DNA of 64,000 bases from a bacterium (GCA_015485355.1 WFTQ01000109.1:1088-65087), one strand, 5' to 3'. Counted from the stretch's first letter, positions 1 to 10,364 are shown. Translations and numbers: made by a program. Notes: a model not told the origin generated them from the letters alone.

Positions 1-1191
1 TTCTTGTTTAAAGACATTACGGAAATCAAGAAAATCCAGCAACAACTGTTGCAAAGCCAGAAGTTGGAAAGTGTGGGACTGCTGGCCTCAGGGATTGCCC
101 ACGACTTCAACAATATTTTGGCCGCCATCATACCCAATGCCGAATTGATCAAAATGTCCGTGCCCAGGAATTCGGAGAATTATCATCGGGCCGAAATTAT
201 TGAAAAATCGGCGGCGCGCGCTTCCGAGATCGCCCATAAAATCTTAACGTTTACCCGGGATCAGGATCAACAAAAACGATTGATCAATCTCAATGATGTC
301 GTTCAAGAAAGTCTGGAATTGGTGGAGTCCAGTATACCGGATTTCATTTTTATCCAAACTCAATTGGAACCCCGGCTTTATGGTATTTTGGCCGATCCCA
401 CTCAAATGCAGCAAGTGCTGTTGAATCTTATTATTAATTCCCGGGATGCCATGCCCAAGGGTGGAGAAATTCGCATCCAAACCTGCAATGTGGAATTGAA
501 AGACGATTATCCGTTCGGCGGCCTGGAACCCGGACACTATATCAAATTAAGCGTGGAAGACACCGGTGTGGGCATACCCGTAGAAATTCTTCCGAAAATC
601 TTCGATCCTTTTTTTACCACAAAGGAGGTCGGAAAGGGGACGGGATTGGGTTTATCCATGATCTATGGGATCGTTAAAGGGCATAATGGGGAGATCTTTG
701 TTCACACCGAAGAAAAAAAGGGTACCCGCTTCGATATTTTCCTACCCGCCGACAAGACCTCGGTACCGCCTGTGGAAGAAACCCCCGGCGATACGGCCGC
801 TCCTAAGAATTTGGAGATTCTCGTGGTGGACGATGAGGAGTACGTCCGAAATATACTGGCGGATATTTTGAAATTTTTAGGGCATAAGGTTCGCAAGGCC
901 GATAGCGGTAAAATGGCTCTGGAAATTTTTCATCAACACAAAGAAAGCATCGATTATGTCATTCTGGATATGCGTATGCCCAAGATGGATGGGCGGGTAA
1001 CCCTTGAAGGGCTGCATAAAATTAAACCGGATGTCAAGGTCATCATAACCACAGGGTTTGATTCTCAGCTCAGCGAATCTTTAAAAGGTGTAGGGGTGGT
1101 CGGTTTCCTGCGGAAGCCCTATAGTATCCGGAATGTTTCCAAAGCGCTGGAGCATATTCTGTCGCATCAGGTGGAAAAAGCCGATTCATGA
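1..1191 (+). CDS. Hybrid sensor histidine kinase/response regulator (5' end outside window)
   Basis: Frame open from base 1. H-box IAHDFNNIL, N-box NLIINSRDAM, G boxes DTGVGI and FFTTKEVGKGTGLGL, C-terminal receiver (VVDDE, ILDMRMP, KPY). Confidence 0.92.
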   Translation, partial: FLFKDITEIKKIQQQLLQSQKLESVGLLASGIAHDFNNILAAIIPNAELIKMSVPRNSENYHRAEIIEKSAARASEIAHKILTFTRDQDQQKRLINLNDVVQESLELVESSIPDFIFIQTQLEPRLYGILADPTQMQQVLLNLIINSRDAMPKGGEIRIQTCNVELKDDYPFGGLEPGHYIKLSVEDTGVGIPVEILPKIFDPFFTTKEVGKGTGLGLSMIYGIVKGHNGEIFVHTEEKKGTRFDIFLPADKTSVPPVEETPGDTAAPKNLEILVVDDEEYVRNILADILKFLGHKVRKADSGKMALEIFHQHKESIDYVILDMRMPKMDGRVTLEGLHKIKPDVKVIITTGFDSQLSESLKGVGVVGFLRKPYSIRNVSKALEHILSHQVEKADS

Positions 1192-1256
1192 TGCCTTTTC
1201 CGGTGGTAGACGCCGATTTGAACCGTTGATCTATATTTTCAAGGGATTTTGACCCC

Positions 1257-4133
1257 ATGCAGAATTTGTTTCGTAAAATATCCATTTCTCAAAAGCTGTG
1301 GACATTGAGCATCAGCACCATTCTGTTTGTGGTCATTTTGTTTTACTTTTACTTTATTCACTTGAGCCGTCTGCAGTTTCAGGAAAGCTTGTTGAAAAAG
1401 GCCGGCGGTCTGGTGCAGGTGGCTTCCACCAATCTGGGGGCGGGCCTCTATTTGAATGACCGGGATTATGTGCATCGGGTCTTGCGGGGGGTGGAGGCCG
1501 ATCCGGATGTGGAATTCATTTATCTGGTGAACAACTCCGGAGAACGGATTTATGGATATCGGGATCGTCGATACCGAAACGTGATTGCGGAGTTTTTGAC
1601 TACCGATGCCTTGCAGACATTCACCCGGGAATATCTGATAACCCGGCAAAGCGTGTTTTTCCATGATGAATTTCAGGGATATCTGATCACGGGGTTTAAT
1701 CTGGATTGGGTGAATCGAAAAATTGCTGAGCAGCGCCATAAGATTGTGCTGATCGTTTCCCTTCTGGGCGTTATTCTCATGCTGTTGACCATTTTTATTT
1801 CTCACATGATCGTCACCCCATTGAAAACGGCCATTCAAAAGATCAGCCGCATACCGGATCAGCATAAACGGTTAAGCATCCGCCTGCCCGAGGAAGGTAG
1901 TGACGAAATTTCGCGGCTGGGGCATGCTTTCAATCGCTTGGTGGAACGGTTGGATCGTAATTTAAAAGAGCTGGAACAATCCAATAAATACATCGAAGCT
2001 TTCTTCCGCCTGAGCCCCATCCCGATGATCATTACCGATCCCCAGGGAAAGGTGGAGGTTGCCAGCGAGAGCGCCTGTAAATTTTTTGGGAAATCGATGA
2101 ACGAGATTCTGGGGTTGAACCTGGAAAAACTCCTTTCTCAGGATGATTTCCATGCCATACTGAATCGGGTGAAGCAAACGGATGTGGATATCAATGGATT
2201 TATTACCGCCATCACTGTACCCGATGGTACCAAAAAGGTGGTCGAGATTAACATCTCCATTTTGCATGACCAGTTTGGGATGTCGAAAAGCTTTATTATT
2301 GCCATTGTAGACATTACCGAAAACATCCAGACCCAGCGGGAAATCCTGGAAAACCAGGCGAAGTTGCATCGTACGAACCGGGAATTGGAGCAAAAGACCA
2401 AGGAACTGGAAATCGCCAACGAGAAAAACAAGCGCAATGCCCGAAAGTTGAATCATCTGATTCAAATCAGCCAGGATATCATCCGTTGTAGCAATATCGG
2501 GGATGTTATTGATATTCTGGTAAACAATACTCGCAACTTATTGCAGGCGCAATTCAGCATCATTTATTTCTGGGACCCCAAAGAAAAGAAACTGGTGCCC
2601 ACCCGAACCTATCCTCGCCATTGGTTAAAGAAGATTCGGCCGGTTCAAAAAAGCGAGGGGGTCATCTGGAAAACCTTTCAGGAAAACGATTCCTATTTCT
2701 TGAACGAAGATTCTCTGGAGGAGATGGATTTTCGACAGCTGGGTTTGCCGCGCGATGAAAGCGTGTCTTTAATCGCCGTTCCCATCAGCGAAAAAGATTA
2801 TAAATTCGGGGTGGCCATTTATATTCAAAAGAGAAACCGAGTTTTTTACCTGGAGGATCTGCATTACATTACCACCCTGGTGCACCAAGCCTCGATCACC
2901 CTGGATAAAATCTATTTGTTACAGGCCTTAAAGGAGAAGGCCCGTCACTTGGAAAAGGCATATGCCGACTTGCAGAAGTCTCAGCAGCAGGTCATTCAGT
3001 TACAAAAAATGGAGAGTTTAGGCACTCTGGTTGGTGGAATCGCCCACGATTTTAACAATATTCTGGGTATTATCATTCCCAATATAGATCTCATTCGCAT
3101 GCATGCCCGGAACGACCGGGACATTATGAAGCGAATCATGATTATTCAGGATACTGTGGAACGCGCCGCCGATTTGACCCGTCAGTTGCTCATGTTTTCC
3201 CGGGATCAGGATGTCCAGCTCAAACCCATTTCGCCGAATCAGTTGATTGTGCGATTGGCGGGGATGTTTCGTCGCACCCTGGGGAAACATATTGAGATTA
3301 TTACCGACTTGGATCCGGCCATTCCCTTCATCAAGGCAGACGAAACCCGTTTGACCCAGGTCTTGATCAATCTGGCCGTCAATTCTCGGGACGCCATGCC
3401 GGAGGGCGGGAAACTGATCTTGAAGACCGCCCTGGTGCCTTTCAGCCCCGATTCCACCATGAAGAAACGAAAGTACGTGTGTATCAGTGTCACCGACACC
3501 GGAGAAGGGATCGCCCCCGAAAACTTGAGCAAAATCTTTGATCCCTTTTTTACCACAAAGAGTGTGGGAAAAGGCACGGGGTTAGGGCTTTCGGTGGTGT
3601 ATGGAATCATTAAGAGCCACAATGGGTTTATTGATGTGGAAAGTGAGCCGGGTCAAGGGACGACATTTTTTATCTATTTTGAACCTTTAAAAGAAATTCC
3701 CAAAGAACCGCCGCGCAAAGAAGAGGACGATTTTTTGTACGGAGATGAAACGATATTGATCGTCGATGACGAAGAAATGATCCGAGAATCGTTGAAAGAT
3801 ATTCTGGAGTCGCTGGGTTATCATATATACACGGCGGCTGATGGGAAGGAGGCCCTGGAAATTGTGCAGAAGAATGGCAAAATTCATGTTGCCATTGTGG
3901 ATTACGCCATGCCGGGAATGAATGGAATCGAAACGATTCGTCGGATTCGGGAAATGAATGCATCGATTCGCATTCTCTTATCCTCGGGGTATGCGGAGCG
4001 AGAGCAGATTATGAATCAGAATGTCCGGATCGACGGATTCTTGCCCAAGCCTTATCATATCAAAGAACTGGCGCGGAAGATAAAAAAGGTGCTTCAGGTT
4101 CAACCCCCCGTTCTGGATTCCGAAAACCGCTGA
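1257..4133 (+). CDS. Membrane-bound hybrid histidine kinase (2 TM, HAMP, PAS, GAF, HisKA, HATPase, receiver)
   Basis: Two hydrophobic segments, HAMP motif DEISRLGHAFN, PAS-like region, H-box IAHDFNNIL, FFTTKSVGKGTGLGL, receiver IVDDE/IVDYAMP/KPY. Confidence 0.93.
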   Translation: MQNLFRKISISQKLWTLSISTILFVVILFYFYFIHLSRLQFQESLLKKAGGLVQVASTNLGAGLYLNDRDYVHRVLRGVEADPDVEFIYLVNNSGERIYGYRDRRYRNVIAEFLTTDALQTFTREYLITRQSVFFHDEFQGYLITGFNLDWVNRKIAEQRHKIVLIVSLLGVILMLLTIFISHMIVTPLKTAIQKISRIPDQHKRLSIRLPEEGSDEISRLGHAFNRLVERLDRNLKELEQSNKYIEAFFRLSPIPMIITDPQGKVEVASESACKFFGKSMNEILGLNLEKLLSQDDFHAILNRVKQTDVDINGFITAITVPDGTKKVVEINISILHDQFGMSKSFIIAIVDITENIQTQREILENQAKLHRTNRELEQKTKELEIANEKNKRNARKLNHLIQISQDIIRCSNIGDVIDILVNNTRNLLQAQFSIIYFWDPKEKKLVPTRTYPRHWLKKIRPVQKSEGVIWKTFQENDSYFLNEDSLEEMDFRQLGLPRDESVSLIAVPISEKDYKFGVAIYIQKRNRVFYLEDLHYITTLVHQASITLDKIYLLQALKEKARHLEKAYADLQKSQQQVIQLQKMESLGTLVGGIAHDFNNILGIIIPNIDLIRMHARNDRDIMKRIMIIQDTVERAADLTRQLLMFSRDQDVQLKPISPNQLIVRLAGMFRRTLGKHIEIITDLDPAIPFIKADETRLTQVLINLAVNSRDAMPEGGKLILKTALVPFSPDSTMKKRKYVCISVTDTGEGIAPENLSKIFDPFFTTKSVGKGTGLGLSVVYGIIKSHNGFIDVESEPGQGTTFFIYFEPLKEIPKEPPRKEEDDFLYGDETILIVDDEEMIRESLKDILESLGYHIYTAADGKEALEIVQKNGKIHVAIVDYAMPGMNGIETIRRIREMNASIRILLSSGYAEREQIMNQNVRIDGFLPKPYHIKELARKIKKVLQVQPPVLDSENR

Positions 4134-4361
4134 TCCGTGGCCCACCCTCCCGGGCTGTCCGTAACTTCCGGGGTGGGTGTCGATCGATGAAAAAGGTAAA
4201 AGGTTTTACCTTTAATTTCGCTTTTCAAGCGTATATCCTTGATTTTGGGAGGATTTGGATTTAAATTGGATTCAATAAATGAATTTCGGTAGGGAAACCC
4301 GGGATCGGGGCTGTGGTATTCTCAAGTTCCCTCAAAACCGATGCATAACATCAGGGACGGT

Positions 4362-4723
4362 ATGAAATTTACGGAAAAATTATATTGCAACGATGCCTGC
4401 CAGAAAACATTTGATGCCCGTCTTATTGGTGTTTGTACAGAAAAGGGGTGGATCGAGGTAGGCTTATCCGCCGTTCTCTTTTCTCCCGGTGGCGTTGGGC
4501 GGCCTGAAGATGGGGGACCGCTGGCAAGGCCACCCGTTCGGGTTGTCCGGGGGTGGGGAGTCCGGTTGAATGGGAGGGATGTTTTAAAGGAAGCGCCGGC
4601 CCTCATCGAAGGGAAGGGAGGAGGGAATGATTTTTTCAGGGTGCCGGAAAGGCCGCCGCTCCGTTCAATGAGTTCTTGAAGTCGGCAGAGCAACGATTTA
4701 AGGAGGAATTAAAAAATGCGTGA
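4362..4723 (+). pseudogene. Internally deleted, frameshifted remnant of an alanyl-tRNA editing (AlaX)/DHHA1 protein
   Basis: N-terminus FTEKLYCNDACQKTFDA...LFSPGGVGRPEDGG resembles AlaX (TEKLYYxD...F.P.GGGQPxDxG). It is joined to a DHHA1-like C-terminus VLKEAPALIEGKGGGNDF. Restoring one base in the T-run at 4631-4636 gives QGAGK...EELKNA*, whose stop (4721-4723) overlaps the next start codon. Confidence 0.7.
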
Positions 4724-5279
4724 TGTGCGTGGCCTGATATTATTATCGCGCTATGATTTCTTGGAAAGCGAGCTGGACGGAAACGCCTTGAAGCAACTGT
4801 CTGAGATGCTTTCTCCCCGGACCAGGGAAATGGTCACCGAACAGATTTTCCCCGTAAATCGTTATCCTTTTTCGGTATTGAAAGAAATCGATCAGATTAT
4901 ACCGCAGATGGTCTCGTTACCTCTGGAGAAGCTTTTCCGTCAAATCGGTAAAAATTTCGCCGCCGTGATTGTGGACCGTTACTTCTATAATTACAGGGTG
5001 GCCCATCAACCCGATAAATTTCTCGTTCAATTTAAGAACCTTTACCACCATTTGTGGGGAGTAGGTGCTTTTGAGTACAATTTTCAGGATCGCAACCATG
5101 TGACCCTGACCTTTGAATACGAAGAGGATATTCACAAACCTTATTGTTGGTTCTTACAGGAGTTTTTCCGGGAGAGTATTCGCTTGTGTGGAGCCACCGA
5201 GGTTTGGTTAAAAGAATTGGAATGCGATGCCGAAAATGGTGAAAAGTGTCGATATAAAATCAGCTGGCGGGAACAATGA
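4716..5279 (+). CDS. Stand-alone V4R/H-NOX-like (DUF2378-like) ligand-binding protein
   Basis: 187 aa with good RBS (AGGAGG). C-terminal C-x22-E-x2-C-x7-C followed by YKISW, typical of the V4R zinc site. Confidence 0.7.
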   Translation: MRDVRGLILLSRYDFLESELDGNALKQLSEMLSPRTREMVTEQIFPVNRYPFSVLKEIDQIIPQMVSLPLEKLFRQIGKNFAAVIVDRYFYNYRVAHQPDKFLVQFKNLYHHLWGVGAFEYNFQDRNHVTLTFEYEEDIHKPYCWFLQEFFRESIRLCGATEVWLKELECDAENGEKCRYKISWREQ

Positions 5280-5431
5280 AGGGAATCCCCAACCGGCAGA
5301 AGACCTCGGTTCAACCGAGGGAGTTTAAATTTATCCAGCGCATTCAACCCGGGATGGCGGGGAAAATGAAGCACCGCTCTAAAAGGCATGACCGGTTCCG
5401 GAAAGCGAAGAAGTAAAAGGGAGTGAGGGAT

Positions 5432-6133
5432 ATGGGTTCTCATAAGCAGTTATATGTTGTGGTTATCGGGGATATTCAGGGTTCCAAACGGTTAACGGGC
5501 AATCATCGGTATCAAACGCAGTTGTTTATTAAATCCTCTATCATTCAGGTGAACGAGGAATACCATTCGCTGATCGAGGCGCCCTTTACCATCACCAAAG
5601 GGGACGAGTTTCAGGGATTATTGCCCAATCTGGAGGTGGCATTTCAGACCATTTTGGCACTGGAACGGATTACTTTTCCGGTTCACTTACGATTTGGCAT
5701 TGGAGTAGGGGAGGTGTTAAAAATGGGGGGGCGTTTACCGATTGAAATGGATGGACCGGCTTTTCATCGCGCCAACGAAGCCCTTCACATCGCCAAGCGA
5801 AAGCGAAACTGGATGTCTTTAAAGTCCCATGATCCTCAGATGGATTTATTGGTTAACACCATTTTCCATCTCATTCAAGCCATTCGTTCTAAATGGAACG
5901 ATCGTCACTATAATTTATACTGGAAATATAAGGATTTAGGCACTTATCGGGAGGTCGCCGCCGAGGAAAAAGTAACGCCGCAGGCCATTGGAGATATTCT
6001 GAAAAATTGCCGGGCGGTGGAAGTGAAACAGGCGGAGGAAAACCTGTTTCGGTACTTTCGCTGGCTGAATGGCCACATTTTCCCCTACAATGCTCAGCTG
6101 GTTGGAGACGAAGAAGAAGGCATTCCCCTATGA
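5432..6133 (+). CDS. SatD family protein
   Basis: Motifs VVIGDIQGSK, ITKGDEFQG, LRFGIGVG and DGPAFHRA, plus a C-terminal HTH-like segment. Confidence 0.8.
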   Translation: MGSHKQLYVVVIGDIQGSKRLTGNHRYQTQLFIKSSIIQVNEEYHSLIEAPFTITKGDEFQGLLPNLEVAFQTILALERITFPVHLRFGIGVGEVLKMGGRLPIEMDGPAFHRANEALHIAKRKRNWMSLKSHDPQMDLLVNTIFHLIQAIRSKWNDRHYNLYWKYKDLGTYREVAAEEKVTPQAIGDILKNCRAVEVKQAEENLFRYFRWLNGHIFPYNAQLVGDEEEGIPL

Positions 6134-6939
6134 TAGTATTGATCCAGGTACCGAATGCCCCAGAAGAGGATAAGAACAGCCGGGATTAATATGAGTGGCG
6201 ATACCTGCCCCTTCCATTCATATGCAGGGAAAGTTTCCGGTACATTCAGATTATAAAAGGTGAGCGCCAGGCTGTTGTTGATACCGTGACCGATAATGGA
6301 GGGGATAACACTGTTTGTCCGCCAGGCCAGATATCCTAAAATAATTCCGATTAAAAATATTTGAATGGCCCAATAAAGAATGCCGTGAATCAAGGCCCAG
6401 GCCAGGCTGGAATAGATAACGGCACGGGTGACAGGGATGTATTTTTCTAACGACAGTTGCAATAAACCCCGAAAGAGGGATTCTTCCACCAGGGCGGCCA
6501 ATACGACTGCTCCCAGGACCATGGTGAACAGTTCGAAATGACTCTGGTATTTAAAAAACTCCACCAACCTTTCCACCATGCCCGGCATCGGTAAAATCAA
6601 TTGAATTAAACGATCCAGCTGATCCCCCACAATGCTCAAAGCGAATCCGAGCGGAATGCTGACCAAAACGATAGGAAGCGGTACCTTGTGGAGGCGGAAC
6701 AGTTCTTTAATAAAGTAGCCCCGGAATTTGAGAAACAGGATAACGAACAACCAGAGCCCCAGCTCTCCAAAAACCAGAGACAGTTTGGAAATTAGGCCCG
6801 CCTGAAATCCGCTACCTTTTCCCGTCGAATTCATCAGGATGGCTCCTACCAGGCCCGTAACGGCGATGCTGAAGATAAATCCCAGAAAAATTAACAATCC
6901 GGAAAATAACGGCGTGGGTGTTTTCGTATCGTCGACCAT
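6094..6939 (-). CDS. CPBP (CAAX/Abi) family intramembrane glutamic endopeptidase
   Basis: Multi-TM protein with EESLFRG, WALIH and HGINN motifs. Confidence 0.87.
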   Translation of the reverse strand: MVDDTKTPTPLFSGLLIFLGFIFSIAVTGLVGAILMNSTGKGSGFQAGLISKLSLVFGELGLWLFVILFLKFRGYFIKELFRLHKVPLPIVLVSIPLGFALSIVGDQLDRLIQLILPMPGMVERLVEFFKYQSHFELFTMVLGAVVLAALVEESLFRGLLQLSLEKYIPVTRAVIYSSLAWALIHGILYWAIQIFLIGIILGYLAWRTNSVIPSIIGHGINNSLALTFYNLNVPETFPAYEWKGQVSPLILIPAVLILFWGIRYLDQYYHRGMPSSSSPTS

Positions 6940-6942
6940 GGG

Positions 6943-7734
6943 TTAATCCCTTTTTCGATTAAAAATTTGATTGGCAATGTGGTTCATGAATATCCCTCCC
7001 GCCACGGCGACGTTCAGGGATTCGGCCTGTCCAAACTTCCATATTCTTACCAACAAATCCAATTGCTTTTCAATTTCTATGGACAAGCCTTGGGCCTCTC
7101 CTCCCAGCACCAGGGCCACCGGCTTTTGCAATCGAATCTGGTTCAAAGTCTTGCGGGCGTGCAACGATGCTCCCAGGGTAAAGAAGCGATTCTTTTTTAA
7201 AATTTTCAGGCGTTCTTGCAGATGGTTAATTTCCAGAACCGGGAAGTGAAAAATGCTCCCCATGGTTGCGCGGATAACTTTGGGATTAAACGGTTCCACA
7301 CAATCGTCCGAGAGCAGGATCAAGTCGACGCCGAACCAATCCGCGGTGCGCACAAGGGTTCCCAGATTGCCGGGATCGCGAACACTCTGCAATACCAGAA
7401 TGAACTTTTTGTTGCCCAGATTCACCCGTTCCAGATCGGGATATTTTTCTTCCATAATGAGCAAAATGCCCTGCGGGGTGGTGGTATCGGCCAATTTCCG
7501 CAAATTTTGTTTCCCTATGGTTCGGTAAGATAGACCCCGTTGCCGAAAATATTCCTCAAATTCGTTCCAGTGATCTCCCCGTTGAAATTCTTCGGTCACG
7601 TAGGCGGCTTCGATCTTCCAGTCGGAGAGGAGGGCTTCGCGGCAAAGACGCAGCCCTTCCACAATAAATTTACGCGCCTCGCTGCGCCCTTTCTTTTTGG
7701 TCAGCGGTAGATATTTCCGCCAGCTTTCCGTCAT
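6943..7734 (-). CDS. TrmH/SpoU family RNA 2'-O-methyltransferase
   Basis: SPOUT motifs DPGNLGTLVRTA, LGGEAQGLS and ESLNVAVA. Confidence 0.93.
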   Translation of the reverse strand: MTESWRKYLPLTKKKGRSEARKFIVEGLRLCREALLSDWKIEAAYVTEEFQRGDHWNEFEEYFRQRGLSYRTIGKQNLRKLADTTTPQGILLIMEEKYPDLERVNLGNKKFILVLQSVRDPGNLGTLVRTADWFGVDLILLSDDCVEPFNPKVIRATMGSIFHFPVLEINHLQERLKILKKNRFFTLGASLHARKTLNQIRLQKPVALVLGGEAQGLSIEIEKQLDLLVRIWKFGQAESLNVAVAGGIFMNHIANQIFNRKRD

Positions 7735-9542
7735 TTGTAGCCCTTTCGTTTTTGAAGCAAAGGCGCCTTCCGGTACCAGCGCATCAGGTCGTCCCGGAAT
7801 ATCACCCCCAGCAATTTTCGGGGGTTGCGGCGGCTGGTCACCGGTAGCATCTCCGCATCGGTCAGATCGAACATCCGTAATACATCGGCCAACGATTGAT
7901 CGGGGGTAAGACTGAAATAGTCCTCCCGGGCAACGTCTTTGGCAATCAACAGGGGATAGAGGTGTTCATCAAACAGGTAGGGGCGGATATCCCGCAAGGA
8001 AATGATCCCCACCAGGAGATTCCTTGTATTGACAACCGGGAACGTCGAGCGGGTGCTGTTTTTCATTAGTTTTAAAATATCCTTAAACCTCATGTTTTCT
8101 GGAATGGTTTCGAATTCCCTTTGGATATGTTGGCGGATGGGAATGCTCTGTAACAGGGTTAAGTTTCGCCCTTTAAAAATATAGTCGCCGCTAAGAGAAA
8201 TGGCCTTGGTGTAAATATTTTCCTTCATCAGCAGGCGCGAGGTGATGGTGGCGACAATGGTTCCCAGCATGAGGGGCAGAATGATCTGATAATTGGAAGT
8301 GATTTCGAAGATGAGCAGCAGTGCAGAAAGGGTGGCATGGGTGGTTCCGGCGATAAGAATACCCATTCCCACCAGGGCGTAGGCCCCGGGGGGCGCCGTA
8401 ATGGTGGGGAAGAGGGTGTTGGCCACACTGCCGAAAAAGGCGCCGAAAGCGGCACCGATAAAGAGGGAGGGAGTGAACAAACCGCCTGTACCGCCCGAAC
8501 CCAGGGAAAAGGCGGTGGCCACAATTTTGACCACCATAAGAAGGAAAAGGGCCCCGATGCCGGTATGGGCCAGGAGGGCACGGTGGATGGCACCGTCATC
8601 GAACCCATAAATTTCTGGAAAATACAAGGCCAGCAACCCCACCAGCAATCCCCCCGTGGCCGGCTTGAGAAATTCCGGCAACCGGCGGACATGAGCGAAA
8701 AACTCTTCAACGGAATACAGGAAGTTGGTGAAAGATACCGACACCACAGCCCCTACAATGCCCATGAGAAAATAGATGGGATACTCATAGGCGCTTTCCA
8801 GATAATAAATGGGGATGTTTAGCACGGGTGAACTACCGATCAAATGATGGGATATGGTGGTGGAAATAACGGTAGCAAAAATAATGGGACTGAAAGCATT
8901 CAGGCTAAAGTCGGCCAGAATCACCTCCAGGGCAAACAAAACGCCGGTGACGGGTGCGTTGAAGACGGCCGCCAGTCCGGCGCCGGCACCGGTGGCCACC
9001 AAAACTTTCAGCCGTTCCGAAGACACACTGAAGAGCTGGCCGATAGTGGAACCGATGGCCGCACCAATTTGGACGATCGGCCCCTCTTTGCCTGCAGACC
9101 CACCGGAGCCGATGGTGGTTCCCGCCGTTATGGCGGTGATGATGCTTACCCGGGGGCGGATATAGCCCCCCCGATTGGCGACGGCTTCGATTACCGAAGG
9201 AACACCGTGCCCTTTGACCTCTCTGGCAAAATAGTAAATAACCAGACCGACCGCCAAGCCGCCCACAGCAGGAAACAACGCCCTGACCCAGGAGCCCAGG
9301 TCGGTACCGATCACCATTCCCTCGAATCGAACGAAAAGCAAATGGTGAACCAGGTTAACCAATAGGTGGAGCAGATAGGCCCCCAATCCCGCCAGTGTCC
9401 CGATAATGCCCGCCAGAAACAACATATAAAAATCTTCGGGTAAATTGATTTTCTGGATCAGCTTTAAAAGCAAGATGCGGTAATGGGCCGGATGGAAAAG
9501 GGGACTGCGCTTTCGGGTAATGAGTTTGCTGCTTTTGGTCAT
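7731..9542 (-). CDS. ClC family chloride channel/antiporter with two C-terminal CBS domains
   Basis: GHGVP (GSGIP-equivalent), GKEGP, GGLFTPSLFIG, ENIY, then a CBS pair. Start could extend to TTG at 9587. Confidence 0.93.
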   Translation of the reverse strand: MTKSSKLITRKRSPLFHPAHYRILLLKLIQKINLPEDFYMLFLAGIIGTLAGLGAYLLHLLVNLVHHLLFVRFEGMVIGTDLGSWVRALFPAVGGLAVGLVIYYFAREVKGHGVPSVIEAVANRGGYIRPRVSIITAITAGTTIGSGGSAGKEGPIVQIGAAIGSTIGQLFSVSSERLKVLVATGAGAGLAAVFNAPVTGVLFALEVILADFSLNAFSPIIFATVISTTISHHLIGSSPVLNIPIYYLESAYEYPIYFLMGIVGAVVSVSFTNFLYSVEEFFAHVRRLPEFLKPATGGLLVGLLALYFPEIYGFDDGAIHRALLAHTGIGALFLLMVVKIVATAFSLGSGGTGGLFTPSLFIGAAFGAFFGSVANTLFPTITAPPGAYALVGMGILIAGTTHATLSALLLIFEITSNYQIILPLMLGTIVATITSRLLMKENIYTKAISLSGDYIFKGRNLTLLQSIPIRQHIQREFETIPENMRFKDILKLMKNSTRSTFPVVNTRNLLVGIISLRDIRPYLFDEHLYPLLIAKDVAREDYFSLTPDQSLADVLRMFDLTDAEMLPVTSRRNPRKLLGVIFRDDLMRWYRKAPLLQKRKGYK

Positions 9543-9763
9543 GGTTTGTGCCTGAAATTCGCGATTGGTTTCATCACCACTGGTCAACGGTCATCGTTAC
9601 TCAACCACTAAATCGGTGCTCTGGTCGTATGCGAAAGGAAGCGGTGCACTTCCTTTGTTATGGCTTTATCATGGCCCGCGGCCGATGGAAAAGTTAATAT
9701 CAAATTCCATGAAAATAGAACTTCAATTCTTAAAATCTGTAATCTTGATAAATGAGGCAAGCT

Positions 9764-10003
9764 TTAAATGTGATCGATCATGGTTTCGATAATCCGGCGG
9801 GCTTGGGGGAAGTGAGTTTCGGGGACCAGGATGTAGATCATGTTCCCCGCCAGGGATTCGCCTGATATATTTAGGGCTGCGGTGATGCCGGCGTTTTTGA
9901 TCAAATGAGGAATGCCCTCTTTCTTCAGAACTTCGGAAATCATTTCGGCGTAATTGATTCCCGGCAAAGGACCGATTTTCTTTAAAGCCATGTTCTCTGC
10001 CAT
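9764..10003 (-). CDS. DUF2007-like putative signal-transducing protein (PII-like fold)
   Basis: 79 aa with pattern AEMISEVLKKEGIP...ILVPETHFPQARRII. Confidence 0.7.
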   Translation of the reverse strand: MAENMALKKIGPLPGINYAEMISEVLKKEGIPHLIKNAGITAALNISGESLAGNMIYILVPETHFPQARRIIETMIDHI

Positions 10004-10016
10004 CGGGGTGGACCGT

Positions 10017-10364
10017 TCAATTTTCCGGTTGAAAGGGTTTTCGGAAACCGAATACTTTTTCGACGGGTATTACTACAAGAATACCATTGCCGGGTTCATT
10101 CAGAGAGCCTACAATGCGTTCGATCTCCCGCACCACTTTTTCCACCATATGGTCTTCGATCACCGTAATAATGGTTTTATTGGCGGGACGGCTGCCCTGC
10201 ATCAGGTTCTTGAATCCCGCAAAGATCGGGATATCGTGGGTGATGATGGCGCCCATGCCTATACTGTCCAGAATGGTTGCACCAGAAATATTTAATTCCA
10301 AAAATGCTTCCAGAAGCTCTTCCAGAAGCTCTTCCTTATTCAGCACAAAGAATAGTAGCTTCAT
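10017..10364 (-). CDS. Atypical PII-family signalling protein
   Basis: 115 aa. GATILDSIGMG and GNGILVVIPV correspond to the PII B-loop and C-terminal motifs. No GlnB T-loop Tyr motif. Overlaps the EIIA gene by 4 nt. Confidence 0.8.
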   Translation of the reverse strand: MKLLFFVLNKEELLEELLEAFLELNISGATILDSIGMGAIITHDIPIFAGFKNLMQGSRPANKTIITVIEDHMVEKVVREIERIVGSLNEPGNGILVVIPVEKVFGFRKPFQPEN

